Source: a bacterium (GTDB lineage: Bacteria > Patescibacteriota > Minisyncoccia > Moranbacterales > UBA2206). Taken from it: a stretch of DNA of 55,345 nucleotides. This document shows, piece after piece, positions 9,999 to 20,225 of this stretch (within the stretch, counting starts at the first letter, position 1; the number at the start of each line of letters is the position of its first letter). The translations under genes and the position numbers were made by a program. Under the pieces are notes generated by a model that ran no database searches, was not told the origin of the DNA, and saw nothing but the letters and a program-made list of their open reading frames with translations. The DNA lies in contig JAJYDG010000002.1 in NCBI GenBank assembly GCA_021777675.1, positions 1-55,345 on the forward strand, given 5' to 3'.

Positions 9999-10562
9999 TT
10001 AGTCTGATTTTTCCGCCCCGCCCGAGTCCTTGTTGATTTGAATATTTTCCAATTTATAACCATCTGTGCTGACAAAAATATCAAAAACCTTAGCATCATT
10101 GTTTGTTTTATAGATACTATTAGGATTCTCGCTAAAATGTCCGAAACCGACACCATTGTCAAAATTAATGGTACTTTTTTCTCCTGACTTCAAAACAAAA
10201 CCAGTTAATTTTTTATAATAACCCTCTTTTTTATTGATAGCTGAATCAAAAATAGTATAATAAACTTCAAAATTGGACAAATCTTTTCCACTAATATTTT
10301 GCAAAGTTATTTCCAAATGATCGTTAGTCGGTTTTTGCGTTGTCGGATCCAAGTTATTTTCTACCAACACTTCTGCGATTTTAAATCCAACTTGAGTCGC
10401 ATTATTTTTAATGGGATTTTCAACAAAAGTTTGTGTTTTTTCCTTATTATCAATAGACGGCATGTTCAATCTCTCGACTTTTCGACCATTTTTCAAAAAA
10501 AAACCGATAACCGCCACAGCAATTACTCCTAAAAAAATGATTATAATTTTTTTGGTTTTCAT
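9999..10562 (-). CDS. Membrane-anchored extracytoplasmic protein, last gene of the ABC-2 exporter operon
   Basis: Single N-terminal transmembrane helix. There is a 4-nt gap to the upstream permease gene. Confidence 0.5.
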   Translation of the reverse strand: MKTKKIIIIFLGVIAVAVIGFFLKNGRKVERLNMPSIDNKEKTQTFVENPIKNNATQVGFKIAEVLVENNLDPTTQKPTNDHLEITLQNISGKDLSNFEVYYTIFDSAINKKEGYYKKLTGFVLKSGEKSTINFDNGVGFGHFSENPNSIYKTNNDAKVFDIFVSTDGYKLENIQINKDSGGAEKSD

Positions 10563-10566
10563 AAAA

Positions 10567-11556
10567 TTATTCTTTATTGATTAATAAATTATTTTTTTCA
10601 AAAATAAGCAATTCTGTAAATAATGGCGCTAAAAAAAATAAAAACACCCACAGCCCATCCCACCATTTGTCATTGAGAATAGCAAAAATAGTTTTCCCGT
10701 TATATTCATCTTTAACCCCTAAAAGTGCAAAACTCAATCTTTCGTAATGCTTGGTAATAGAGCTTTCCTCCGTAGCATTACGCACGAACTCATAATTTTT
10801 AAAATTACCCATGATTTGCTTTTCTTGAGATTTTGCGATATTCATGGCCTTAAAAAATCCGCCAGGAATTTGATTGTCCGGATCCATCGTATCGCCAATT
10901 TGTGGAATAATTAAAACAATCACAAGCCAAACGACAAAGCTGATTAATAGCGCATTGAATAAAAGTTTGAATTTAATCGCTAAAATTGAAGTGAGACCAA
11001 AAAAAAACATTATATACAAATAAGAAAAAATAAACACTAAAATCAATTTCATTATTTCCATTCCAGTTAATTGCGCTCCGCCAAGAAATCCCATAATGCC
11101 GTAAATAAAAAACATTGCAATCCCCAGAACAAGCCAGATAACAAAACTATTGCCCAAAATTTTCCCCAAACCAATCTCCCATCTTTTCACCGGACGACTC
11201 AAGAGAAGCTGCAAAGTGTTTTTGCCTTTTTCCTTGGAAATACTTAGATAGCCTAGGATTATTCCAATTACGGCGCCTAAAATTTCCAAATAATCCACCA
11301 CGCTACGAAGCATTTTTAATGGAAAAAATTGAGGCGCATAAATAGAATCGGCACCCCCCCCCAAGCTTTCCAAAATTTTCACAGATTGGTTATATTCCAC
11401 AACTTTATTTTGAAAATCCATTGAAGCTACCACAATAGAAATAACCACCAGCATTAAAAGAAAAATCAATAAAACTAAAAAAAGTTTGTCGCCGAGAGAA
11501 TCTGTGGCTTCTTTTTTTGCAATTGTAATAATTTTTTGCATATTTTTATTACTCAA
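10567..11556 (-). CDS. ABC-2 type transporter permease
   Basis: Polytopic membrane protein with a large first extracytoplasmic loop. 8-nt overlap with the upstream permease gene. Confidence 0.6.
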   Translation of the reverse strand: MSNKNMQKIITIAKKEATDSLGDKLFLVLLIFLLMLVVISIVVASMDFQNKVVEYNQSVKILESLGGGADSIYAPQFFPLKMLRSVVDYLEILGAVIGIILGYLSISKEKGKNTLQLLLSRPVKRWEIGLGKILGNSFVIWLVLGIAMFFIYGIMGFLGGAQLTGMEIMKLILVFIFSYLYIMFFFGLTSILAIKFKLLFNALLISFVVWLVIVLIIPQIGDTMDPDNQIPGGFFKAMNIAKSQEKQIMGNFKNYEFVRNATEESSITKHYERLSFALLGVKDEYNGKTIFAILNDKWWDGLWVFLFFLAPLFTELLIFEKNNLLINKE

Positions 11557-12466
11557 TTTCTACTTCGCAAACATTAAATTTTTTAATAACCAAAAAAGGT
11601 ATGCTCATTGTAAAAAATAAATAAACAATTAATGAAAAAATTGGATACTCCTTTATATCTCCCTGCAAAAATGACTGGCTGATAGTTTTATAATTTTCCG
11701 AAACAGAAAAAGGTTCCAGCAAAAAACGAGTGGAGGTAAAAAAGACGGATTGTGGCATTATCGATTGAATACTTGTGGGGTTAAGCAATGAGTTCGGATC
11801 TAGAGCGGAAGTCAATTGAGGCATCACAAAACTAATAAAAATCCAAATAATCATTGGTGCCAAAAGAGCCAAGGATTCACTTTTGGCAAAAATGGCAAAA
11901 AATAAACCCAGCATTGCAAAAATAATTAAATATAAAAAAGAAACAAGATAAAACATCAACAATTTGAACATTTCCGAAAAAACAAGCATCTGCCCAGAGA
12001 TAATCACAACAGAAAAAAAACTCAATACGAAAGACAATCCGACAATCGCACTTAAAACCAAAAATATTCCGGTAATTTTTCCCAGCAAAAATTCCACGCG
12101 ACTAATTTGGCGAGAAAAAATAATTTTTATTACCCCGGCTTTTCTTTCACGAACAAAAGAGCTATAACCGATAATTATCGCCAAAAGCGAACCAATTAAA
12201 AAAACATAAGTTGGCATATTCTTTAAAATTGATAATGGTGGCGCAGACAAAAAAGGATTGACCGGCATTTTCTTGGTTCCGCTGGAAATCAATTCACGGA
12301 CTGTAGCCACATAAATTTTTGTAACGGTATTTTTAGTTGACCAACCGATAAAAGCGGAAAAGGCCGCCATAAATAAAAAAATTGTTAATAACAAGACAAA
12401 CGTTTTTTGCCTCACCAACGTTTTAAATTCTCCACCGGCAATAGTTTTAACGGTTAATAGCTTCAT
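11549..12466 (-). CDS. ABC-2 type transporter permease
   Basis: Six or more hydrophobic helices. Its start abuts the stop of the ATPase gene (12466/12467). Confidence 0.6.
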   Translation of the reverse strand: MKLLTVKTIAGGEFKTLVRQKTFVLLLTIFLFMAAFSAFIGWSTKNTVTKIYVATVRELISSGTKKMPVNPFLSAPPLSILKNMPTYVFLIGSLLAIIIGYSSFVRERKAGVIKIIFSRQISRVEFLLGKITGIFLVLSAIVGLSFVLSFFSVVIISGQMLVFSEMFKLLMFYLVSFLYLIIFAMLGLFFAIFAKSESLALLAPMIIWIFISFVMPQLTSALDPNSLLNPTSIQSIMPQSVFFTSTRFLLEPFSVSENYKTISQSFLQGDIKEYPIFSLIVYLFFTMSIPFLVIKKFNVCEVEIE

Positions 12467-13201
12467 CTATTTTGTATCAAGATTAAAATAAATTGTTTCC
12501 AAAGAGTTTTCATCTTTAAATCTTTCCATTGTTTGTTTGAGCGTATCTTTATAAATCAATTCTCCGTGACCCAAAACTCCAATTGTTGTACAAGTTTTTG
12601 CCACCTCGGAGAGTAAATGCGTATTCATAAAAATCGTAATATTTTTTTCTTTATTCAATTTTAAAATAATCTCGCGCAAATTTCTCACACCCATTGGATC
12701 AAGGCCGGATGTCGGCTCATCTAAAAATAAAACTTCAGGATCATGAATGATCGCTTGAGCAATTCCGATACGCTGGCGCATACCCTTGGAAAATTGACTG
12801 ATTTTCTTATTTTCAAATTTTTGAAAATCTAAAAAATTCAAAACGGATTTTATTTTTTCTTCAGGCTTTTCAATTCCCGACAATTTGGCAAAAAATTCCA
12901 AATTTTCACCAGCAGTTAAATTTTCATAAAATTTAACATTCTCCGGCAAGTAACCAATTCTTTTTCTTATTTCCAAGCCTTCCTTTTCCACATTAAACCC
13001 GCAAATAAAAGCCCTTCCGCTTGTTGGCGCCAAAAGAGTGGTAAGAATATTAACCGTAGTGGTCTTTCCTGCACCATTATGTCCTAAAAAACCGAAAATC
13101 TCACCCCTTTCCACTTGCAAATTTAAATTATTTAAAGCAATTGTTTCTTTATATTTTTTAGTAAGCGATTGGATATCAATTATTGCGCTGGACTTTGACA
13201 T
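12467..13201 (-). CDS. ABC transporter ATP-binding protein (ABC-2/NatA-like)
   Basis: Walker A GHNGAGKTT, signature FSKGMRQR, Walker B LFLDEPTSGLD. Confidence 0.85.
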   Translation of the reverse strand: MSKSSAIIDIQSLTKKYKETIALNNLNLQVERGEIFGFLGHNGAGKTTTVNILTTLLAPTSGRAFICGFNVEKEGLEIRKRIGYLPENVKFYENLTAGENLEFFAKLSGIEKPEEKIKSVLNFLDFQKFENKKISQFSKGMRQRIGIAQAIIHDPEVLFLDEPTSGLDPMGVRNLREIILKLNKEKNITIFMNTHLLSEVAKTCTTIGVLGHGELIYKDTLKQTMERFKDENSLETIYFNLDTK

Positions 13202-13264
13202 ATTTTTATCATTTATGGTTTATTTTTTCAGCATTATTAATAATATAAATTAAACATGAGTCCT

Positions 13265-14290
13265 TTATGAATGCGTTTTAGCTAAAAAGAATTTTATTTC
13301 CGTTCCCCTTCCGACCTCGCTAGTTATTTCTATTTTCCCCTTATGCGCATCTGCAATTTCTTTGACAATCGCCAGTCCCAAACCGGAACCGCTTAATTCT
13401 CGCATACGCGATTGATCAATTTTATAAAAACGATCAAAAATATATTTCAATTTTTCTTTTTTAATTCCAATTCCGGTATCAATCACTCTTAAAACTACAT
13501 AGCTTTTTATTTTTTCCAAAAAAACATCCACCCTTCCACCGGACTCATTATAATCAATAGCATTTTTAATTAAATTGGTCGTCAATCGCTTCAATTGATT
13601 TTTTTCTCCATTAACCAAAAACTCTCCTTCTATTTGACTCTCCATGACAACTTCTCTGCCTTTGGCGTAAGCTTTCATTGTTTCAACTTGGTTTTGAACG
13701 ATTTTTCCAAAATCCAATTTGTGAAATTCTTTTTTCTTAAAACCGTCACTTTCTGCCAAAAAAAGTAAATCATTTACCATAGAAGACATAAAATTAATTT
13801 CTTCCAATGAATCATTGGTTAATTTAATATATTCTTCTCGACTGCTGTTTCCCATCAAAATCGCTTCTGCTCCGGTTTTCATCACGGAAAGAGGCGTACG
13901 CAATTCATGTGCGGAATCAGCAACAAATTTTTTTTGTTTAATGTAAACCTTTCTAATCGGCTCCAGTGTTCGACCAGCCAAATAATATCCACCAATAATT
14001 GTTAAAAATATAGTCAAGCCGTCAGCAAAAATAATAATATTTTGCAATTGATTTTTAGTTTTTTCAATCGCTACGCTTTCTGCCGTTGAACTCTCGGCAC
14101 CAAGAGATTCGTCACTAAAATTATCATTGATATTTTTAGCAAACAAATTATAAACCGCCAGACTGAATAAAAAAACCACCACAAACATCCCGCTGGCATA
14201 ATATGCAGTCAATTTAAGTCGAGCTCTCAAAAAATAATTATCCTTGAAATTGATAGCCGACTCCGCGAATTGTTTTGATATATTTTTCAT
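13265..14290 (-). CDS. Sensor histidine kinase
   Basis: Two transmembrane segments. H-box SAHELRTPL, N-box LIKNAIDYN, DTGIGI, GSGLGLAIV. The ATG start overlaps the response-regulator gene by 53 nt; an alternative TTG start lies at 14230. Confidence 0.85.
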   Translation of the reverse strand: MKNISKQFAESAINFKDNYFLRARLKLTAYYASGMFVVVFLFSLAVYNLFAKNINDNFSDESLGAESSTAESVAIEKTKNQLQNIIIFADGLTIFLTIIGGYYLAGRTLEPIRKVYIKQKKFVADSAHELRTPLSVMKTGAEAILMGNSSREEYIKLTNDSLEEINFMSSMVNDLLFLAESDGFKKKEFHKLDFGKIVQNQVETMKAYAKGREVVMESQIEGEFLVNGEKNQLKRLTTNLIKNAIDYNESGGRVDVFLEKIKSYVVLRVIDTGIGIKKEKLKYIFDRFYKIDQSRMRELSGSGLGLAIVKEIADAHKGKIEITSEVGRGTEIKFFLAKTHS

Positions 14291-14903
14291 TATTACTGCT
14301 TAATTTTTTACGCAATTGTTTAATATAGACATCCACGATATTACTAAAAGAATCAAAAGCAAAATCCCAACAATGTTCCAATATTTGATCGCGCGTCAAA
14401 ACCTGATTCTTATTTCTGATTAAATATTCCAGCACCGCATATTCTTTTAGGGTAAGCGAGAGCGTTTCTCCTTTTTTGGTTATATTATGTTTGGCATTAT
14501 CAATAACAATATCTTTTGCAATTAATATTTCAGCTTTTTTTTCCTTTGGTCGACGCAAAAGAGCCCTGATTCTTGCCAAAAGCTCGTTAAGTTCGAACGG
14601 TTTCACTAAATAATCATCCGCTCCACTATCCAAACCGTCAATTTTGTCATCCAACTCGCCCTTGGCCGTAAGCATAATAATTGGCAAATTAACATCTCTT
14701 TCTCGCAAATCTCGACAAACTGAAACGCCATCTTTTTTGGGAAGCATTACATCTAAAATAACTGCGTCATATTCGCCGAATTCGGCACGCCTTTCTCCAC
14801 TTTCACCATCATAAACACAATCAACCGAATAGCTTTTTTGTTCCAAGGCTTTTTTAATATAACCGGCCAATCTTTGGTTATCTTCAACAATTAAAATTTT
14901 CAT
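14238..14903 (-). CDS. OmpR-family response regulator
   Basis: Receiver domain (ILIVEDN..., DVMLP, LTAKG) plus a winged-helix C-terminus ending in TIRGVGYQF. Confidence 0.9.
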   Translation of the reverse strand: MKILIVEDNQRLAGYIKKALEQKSYSVDCVYDGESGERRAEFGEYDAVILDVMLPKKDGVSVCRDLRERDVNLPIIMLTAKGELDDKIDGLDSGADDYLVKPFELNELLARIRALLRRPKEKKAEILIAKDIVIDNAKHNITKKGETLSLTLKEYAVLEYLIRNKNQVLTRDQILEHCWDFAFDSFSNIVDVYIKQLRKKLSSNNEKYIKTIRGVGYQFQG

Positions 14904-15004
14904 ATTTTTAATTTAATATCAAATAATGAATAGCTGATGAAGTATCGCTACTTTTGCAATATCAATATGCTTCCACAAATAAACTAATAGCAAAAGGGCT
15001 GATA

Positions 15005-16135
15005 TTAATTAGTCAGATAGGGAAAATCATCCGTCAATTCTCCGGAGTAATAAAATTCATATGCTAAAGAACCAAAAGAATACTCTCCATCACTTATGCC
15101 AATTTTTGATCCGCCCACTTTCGGATTCGGGTTTGGTTTTGACTGGGGAAATCCAACATTAAACAATGTTCCGATAATTTCAGGGCGATATTTGATATCA
15201 TAACCCGCATTTTTCCATTGCGTTAATATTTCTTTAAGATAAACCGCTCCGTAAAGGTAGGAATAATAATGATCTTTATCATCTGTCAGATGCGAAAAAC
15301 GCTCTTGCGCCGGATCGCCAGAATTCAAATCCAGCAAATGTTCTGATTGAATTCCAAGATAATATGGAGAACCAAAATCCTTTAAATGCTTTTCCGTATC
15401 AATCGCTGTCGCTTCTTTTATACCCATTACGCCCAAAGAAATTTTCGTTGAATTACCTAAAATTTTCAAAGGTTCAAAAAATTTTTTAAACAGCTCTCTT
15501 TGTGAATGAAAAAGACGCAACTGCTCGACGATCAAAGTTGCCACAATAATTCTTGGCTCAATTCCAACTAAATTTCCCGCTTTGTTAATAACCTCTTTAT
15601 CCTTCAAAACCCCGCTTTTAATTGCATTCCATTCCGCTTCGTTTGCCCAAGTAAAAATATTTTGACCGTCATTTTGCGAAAAATCCTTTTTTGCAACTTC
15701 TGATGCATAATCTATCCCTGAAGAATTATTTTCACAATTCGAAATTCTATTTTGAAAAGCGATATCATCTTTCAAGCGTAAAACTACAGCTAGAATCATT
15801 TTGGAAGACAATGAATCGCTTTGTGTTTTTTGATAAGTCGCAAGAATTCGCTTAGCATTTAATTTTGAAATTTCTCCTATTGCGCTTATTTTGCAAAAAT
15901 TTTCATTTTTAACTTTTTCAATAAAACCAATATTACTATCCGAAGCCGCTTCAACCCTGGAAATACCCTTAATAATATCGGCATTTTTTTGGAATTTATC
16001 ATTATTAGCATCAATTGCTCCGGGAGTATTGGTGATTCCATATTTTACAGCAAAAAAACCGCAACCCAAAAAAATCAAATAACAAAATACGAAAACAGCT
16101 AAAAATTTTATGATTTTTTTAAATTTATATTTCAT
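15005..16135 (-). CDS. Membrane-anchored hypothetical protein
   Basis: Long ORF with an N-terminal transmembrane helix. No motif I can assign. Confidence 0.4.
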   Translation of the reverse strand: MKYKFKKIIKFLAVFVFCYLIFLGCGFFAVKYGITNTPGAIDANNDKFQKNADIIKGISRVEAASDSNIGFIEKVKNENFCKISAIGEISKLNAKRILATYQKTQSDSLSSKMILAVVLRLKDDIAFQNRISNCENNSSGIDYASEVAKKDFSQNDGQNIFTWANEAEWNAIKSGVLKDKEVINKAGNLVGIEPRIIVATLIVEQLRLFHSQRELFKKFFEPLKILGNSTKISLGVMGIKEATAIDTEKHLKDFGSPYYLGIQSEHLLDLNSGDPAQERFSHLTDDKDHYYSYLYGAVYLKEILTQWKNAGYDIKYRPEIIGTLFNVGFPQSKPNPNPKVGGSKIGISDGEYSFGSLAYEFYYSGELTDDFPYLTN

Positions 16136-16143
16136 TTAAAATT

Positions 16144-16512
16144 TTAAAATCTGGCACTATCGTCAATCACTATCTTCTTTTTTATTGATCGCGCACCTCT
16201 TCTTTTCAGATCCCTGATTTTATCTTTATCCCTTACTATTTGCGCTGATAGTTCATCGCTGGCAATATCAGTAGATGCCTCGATGCTTTCTGAAACATCT
16301 TCGGCGCGATAAAGTTTTCGCAAGGTTTTAGCCATCAATTCAACTCGGTATTCGCCTTTCTTATTTTTATCAATTTCCACCTCAAACTCCAAGATACTCT
16401 TCGACAGTTGATTGATTTTTTGTAATTTTTTTTCGATATATTCTTGCGCTTTTTTATTTTGCTTTGCTCCGGAAAACATAATCCTAATAACTTGTTTTTT
16501 TTCAATAGCCAT
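16144..16512 (-). CDS. hpf: Ribosome hibernation-promoting factor / RaiA family
   Basis: About 120 aa. The pattern (A)QEYIEKKL...FEVEIDKNK..YRVEL......YRAEDVSESIEASTD.ASDEL..QI matches the HPF/YfiA fold signature. Confidence 0.6.
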   Translation of the reverse strand: MAIEKKQVIRIMFSGAKQNKKAQEYIEKKLQKINQLSKSILEFEVEIDKNKKGEYRVELMAKTLRKLYRAEDVSESIEASTDIASDELSAQIVRDKDKIRDLKRRGARSIKKKIVIDDSARF

Positions 16513-16573
16513 ATTTTTTCGATCAAAACGGTCAAAAATATTTTTGCCCGCTTGATTTTCATTAATTTTTTAA

Positions 16574-17476
16574 TCAAAAACCAACATAAACCACTTCTTC
16601 TTTAAGTTGAATATGAAATCTGTGGCGAATTTTTTGTTTAATAATTCCGGAAAGCATAACAACATCTTGTGCCGTTCCCGTTCCCATATTAACAATAAAA
16701 TTGGCATGATCTTCGCTAATCATCACACCGCCAATTCTTTTCCCTCTCAACCCAGCTTCATCAATCAGCCAACCAGCCGGAATTTTTCCATCAGTAACCT
16801 TCACCCCCGAATCTCTTTCGAATCGTAAAATTAATTCCTGATCATTTATAAACGGATTTTGAAAAAAACTGCCCGCACTGAAATTTTGTGGTATTTTTTC
16901 ACGCCTTTTTTTCAAAATATTTCGCATACTATCAGCAATAAATTCTCCATTTTTCCCCTTCTTTAAGTTTGCGACAGCAGATAGAATGATTAGTTTTTCA
17001 TTTTTCTTGAAAACGCTAGAACGATATTCAAATTGGCATTTTTCACAAGAATAATTTTCAATCTTCCCGTGCTCTAGATCCAATACGCGCACAGTTTCAA
17101 TAATACTACTCATACATCCACCATACGCACCCGCATTCCCTCTTATCGCTCCGCCAATTGTTCCAGGAATTCCCACTGCCCATTCCAACCCGGAAAAAAA
17201 ATTTTCTTTACAATAGCTTACCAAACTTGCCAAACTGTTTCCCGCCCAAAATTTATCATTTGCTGTTTTTAATTTTATTACCAATCCGTCAAAGCCGTCA
17301 TCGCTAATCAAAATATTACTGCCTCCCCCTAATATGAAAAATTTCCAATTATTTTTTTTTGCTAAATCCAAGAGACTCAAAAGATCCGCTTCGCTATCTG
17401 TTTCCGCAAAAAATTTTGCCGGACCCCCAATTCTAAATGTAGTATATTTTGCTAATAGAACATTTTCCTGAATCAT
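16574..17476 (-). CDS. murB: UDP-N-acetylenolpyruvoylglucosamine reductase
   Basis: YTTFRIGGPA, GGGSNIL, FAD-binding and C-terminal MurB motifs (GSFFQNP, AGWLIDEAGLRG). 300 aa. Confidence 0.85.
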   Translation of the reverse strand: MIQENVLLAKYTTFRIGGPAKFFAETDSEADLLSLLDLAKKNNWKFFILGGGSNILISDDGFDGLVIKLKTANDKFWAGNSLASLVSYCKENFFSGLEWAVGIPGTIGGAIRGNAGAYGGCMSSIIETVRVLDLEHGKIENYSCEKCQFEYRSSVFKKNEKLIILSAVANLKKGKNGEFIADSMRNILKKRREKIPQNFSAGSFFQNPFINDQELILRFERDSGVKVTDGKIPAGWLIDEAGLRGKRIGGVMISEDHANFIVNMGTGTAQDVVMLSGIIKQKIRHRFHIQLKEEVVYVGF

Positions 17477-17510
17477 ATTTTTATCACCTCATAACCATTG
17501 ACTATTTATA

Positions 17511-17519
17511 ATTATAGCA
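17511..17519 (-). promoter_or_regulatory. Extended -10 promoter element (TGCTATAAT) upstream of murB
   Basis: The minus strand reads GTGCTATAAT about 35 nt upstream of the murB ATG. The same motif recurs upstream of other genes, for example at 40332..40340. Confidence 0.35.
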
Positions 17520-17561
17520 CAAAAAAGCAAATTATAAAAAAGTGCTTTTTTTCCCATTTAA

Positions 17562-17570
17562 TGCTAAAAT
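17562..17570 (+). promoter_or_regulatory. Extended -10-like element (TGCTAAAAT)
   Basis: Lies 22 nt upstream of ATG 17593 and inside the GTG-started version of the ORF. Confidence 0.3.
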
Positions 17571-17592
17571 TAAACCACTCCATGCGAAAACT

Positions 17593-19179
17593 ATGCTTAA
17601 TAAACTTTTTTCACTAAAAAAAATCCAGGCATTTCTTGAAAATTCATCTTTAAAGATACGCCGGCATTTCGGAATAATTTTAGTCATTATTTTTTTACTT
17701 ACATGGTTAAGTGTTTTGCTTTCTCGAGGAACCGATTTGACAACAGCCGATTTGGGAAGACATATCGCAAATGGGCGCTATTTTTTTGAAAATCATAAGA
17801 TTCCCGAAAAAAATTTATATTCCTACACTAATCCTGATGCATCTTTTGTTAACCATCATTGGGGAAGTGGCATTATTTTCTATTTGATTTGGAAATATTT
17901 CGACTTTTCCGGTTTAAATTCTTTTTACATTTCCATGAGCCTTTTGACATTTTTTTTAATTTTTTCTTTAACTAAAAAATTTTCTGGCTTAGCGATTGCG
18001 ACATTTGTTGCAACCCTTACTATTCCACTCATTGGAGATCGCACTGAAATTCGACCGGAAATTTTCAGTTATTTTTTTTCTGTCGTTTTTTTTCAACTAC
18101 TTTGGAAATATAAATATGAAAACATTTCTTCTCGCTGGTTATTATTCTTGCCTATTATTATGATTATTTGGGTTAATATGCATATTTATTTTATTTTTGG
18201 CATAGGAATTTTCGGTCTTTTTTTTCTTGATGCACTACCGGAAAAAAACAAAAAAAAATCAAAAGCGCTTGGCATTATTCTCTTTTTGACTATTCTGGCG
18301 ACACTTTTTAACCCCCTTGGAATAAAAGGTGCGCTATATCCATTTAATATTTTTCAAAATTACAACTATCGAGTCCTGGAAAATCAATCTATCGGATTTC
18401 TGAGCCATCTTAATTTTATTGCTAATCCGAATTTATTAATCTTTAAAATAACTCTTTCTATTTTACTCTTGAGCCATCTCGCGTTATTAATTTTCAATCG
18501 AAAAAAAATTTCTTGGCCATTATTCGGACTAGCCATAACGATAAGCATTCTTGGCTGGTCAGCACTACGAAATTTTGCTCTTTTTGGCTATTTTTCCATA
18601 CCGGTAATCGCCCATGGAATCACTTACGCGTTTAAAAAAAATTATCTGAAAAAATACCACGTTTTCTTTTTCGTACTTTCCTTTTTCGCTTTTATTTTTT
18701 TCGCTAATCGCGACGCACTATTCTCAAATGAACCAATTGAATATACCCCAAAAGAAGTTAGCGCTTCGGCTAATTTTTTTATAAAAAACCATTTGTCAGG
18801 ACCGATTTTTAATGACTACGACATCGGCAGTTTCCTTATTTTTAAATTATTTCCCAGAGAAAAAGTTTTTGTCGATAACCGTCCAGAAGCATATCCTAAA
18901 GATTTTTTCCAAACTGTTTACATTCCAATACAACAGAGCGATACTGCATGGAATAATGCATTAGTAAAATATAATTTTAATGTGATTTATTTTTCCCTTA
19001 AAGATGCCACTCCTTGGGGGCAAGATTTTTTGCTGAAGCGCATAGACGATCCTGGTTGGTCTCCGGTTTATGCCGACCAATATGCTATAATTTTCCTTAG
19101 AAAAAATGAAAAAAATAAAGATTTAATTTCTAAGTTTGAAATAGCCAGAAATAACTTCAGTTCTAAAAAAATCCGATAA
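17593..19179 (+). CDS. Large polytopic membrane protein, possible GT-C-type glycosyltransferase
   Basis: At least 10 hydrophobic helices followed by a soluble C-terminal domain. ATG 17593 is preferred over the ORF-track GTG 17542. Confidence 0.5.
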   Translation: MLNKLFSLKKIQAFLENSSLKIRRHFGIILVIIFLLTWLSVLLSRGTDLTTADLGRHIANGRYFFENHKIPEKNLYSYTNPDASFVNHHWGSGIIFYLIWKYFDFSGLNSFYISMSLLTFFLIFSLTKKFSGLAIATFVATLTIPLIGDRTEIRPEIFSYFFSVVFFQLLWKYKYENISSRWLLFLPIIMIIWVNMHIYFIFGIGIFGLFFLDALPEKNKKKSKALGIILFLTILATLFNPLGIKGALYPFNIFQNYNYRVLENQSIGFLSHLNFIANPNLLIFKITLSILLLSHLALLIFNRKKISWPLFGLAITISILGWSALRNFALFGYFSIPVIAHGITYAFKKNYLKKYHVFFFVLSFFAFIFFANRDALFSNEPIEYTPKEVSASANFFIKNHLSGPIFNDYDIGSFLIFKLFPREKVFVDNRPEAYPKDFFQTVYIPIQQSDTAWNNALVKYNFNVIYFSLKDATPWGQDFLLKRIDDPGWSPVYADQYAIIFLRKNEKNKDLISKFEIARNNFSSKKIR

Positions 19180-19189
19180 ATTCTATTCT

Positions 19190-20224
19190 ATGAATTATAG
19201 TTTATACACAACATCACTAAAAGCTTGGGACGCCATGTTTGAAGCTATCAACCATGCCCAAAAATCCATCTATCTTGAAATGTATATTTTTCTTGATGAC
19301 ACAGCCAGGAGTCATGATTTTATTGGAAAATTAAAAGAAAAATCTCGACAAGGAATCGAGATAATTATTATTGCCGATGCTTTTGGCAGTAGCAATCTCA
19401 AGGGAAAAATTGCCAATGATCTAAAAAAATCTGGGATTGAATTCATATTCTTTAGTAATTGGCTAAGACACATTCATAGAAAAATTTTAATTGTTGATGG
19501 AAAAATTGCCTTTATCGGAGGTGTCAATATCGGAAAACGCTTTCGCCATTGGAAAGATTTACAGTTAAAACTTGAAGGGGCGATCGTAAAAAAAATCATT
19601 CAATCTTTTGCCTATACCTACGAAATGTCCGGCGGAAAAAATAAAAAAATCTTAAAATACAGCGAAAAAAAGTTTAGCAATAAACTGCGTTTTTGGCTTA
19701 TTGAACATTATCCGATCAAAAATATCTATACGCTTAAAAATCATTATATTGAAAAAATAACCAACGCTAAGGAAAAGATCCAGATTATTACCCCCTATTT
19801 TACTCCTCCTCGTTGGCTTATTTCACTTTTAGATGATGCTATTGTGCGTGGCGTCAAGGTGGAAATTTTTATTCCTAAAAAAGTTGATTGGAAAATAATG
19901 AATCTTTTTAATTATCGCTATATGCATAATATGCACGCATTGGGAATAAATTTTTATTTATCCAAAACAATGAATCACTCTAAGCTTTTATTAATTGATA
20001 ACAAGGAAGGATTGATCGGATCGCAAAATATCGATCTGCTTTCTTTTCATCTCAACACCGAAGCAGGAATATTTTTTCGAGAAAAAAGGCTACTAAAAGA
20101 GATGGAGCAAACCATAAAAACATGGAGACGTGATTCAACCAAATTCGAACCAACCAGGCATAAAATGAAAATCAGCGACTATTTTATCATGGCAATTCTA
20201 AAAATATTGCACCCCATACTATAA
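19190..20224 (+). CDS. Phospholipase D-family protein (cardiolipin synthase-like)
   Basis: Two HKD motifs: HRKILIVDGKIAFIGGVNIG and HSKLLLIDNKEGLIGSQNID. Confidence 0.75.
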   Translation: MNYSLYTTSLKAWDAMFEAINHAQKSIYLEMYIFLDDTARSHDFIGKLKEKSRQGIEIIIIADAFGSSNLKGKIANDLKKSGIEFIFFSNWLRHIHRKILIVDGKIAFIGGVNIGKRFRHWKDLQLKLEGAIVKKIIQSFAYTYEMSGGKNKKILKYSEKKFSNKLRFWLIEHYPIKNIYTLKNHYIEKITNAKEKIQIITPYFTPPRWLISLLDDAIVRGVKVEIFIPKKVDWKIMNLFNYRYMHNMHALGINFYLSKTMNHSKLLLIDNKEGLIGSQNIDLLSFHLNTEAGIFFREKRLLKEMEQTIKTWRRDSTKFEPTRHKMKISDYFIMAILKILHPIL

Positions 20225-20225
20225 A

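Noticed and set aside
14238-14290. 53-nt overlap between the response-regulator and histidine-kinase genes, considered as a possible frameshift or fusion signal.
   Set aside because: Both proteins are complete and typical. The overlap disappears if the kinase starts at the in-frame TTG at 14230, so this is most likely start-codon ambiguity.
16335-16577. 80-aa minus-strand ORF overlapping the 5' half of the HPF gene and the end of murB.
   Set aside because: It is K-rich, out of frame with the recognisable HPF sequence, and overlaps the murB stop codon. It is probably spurious.
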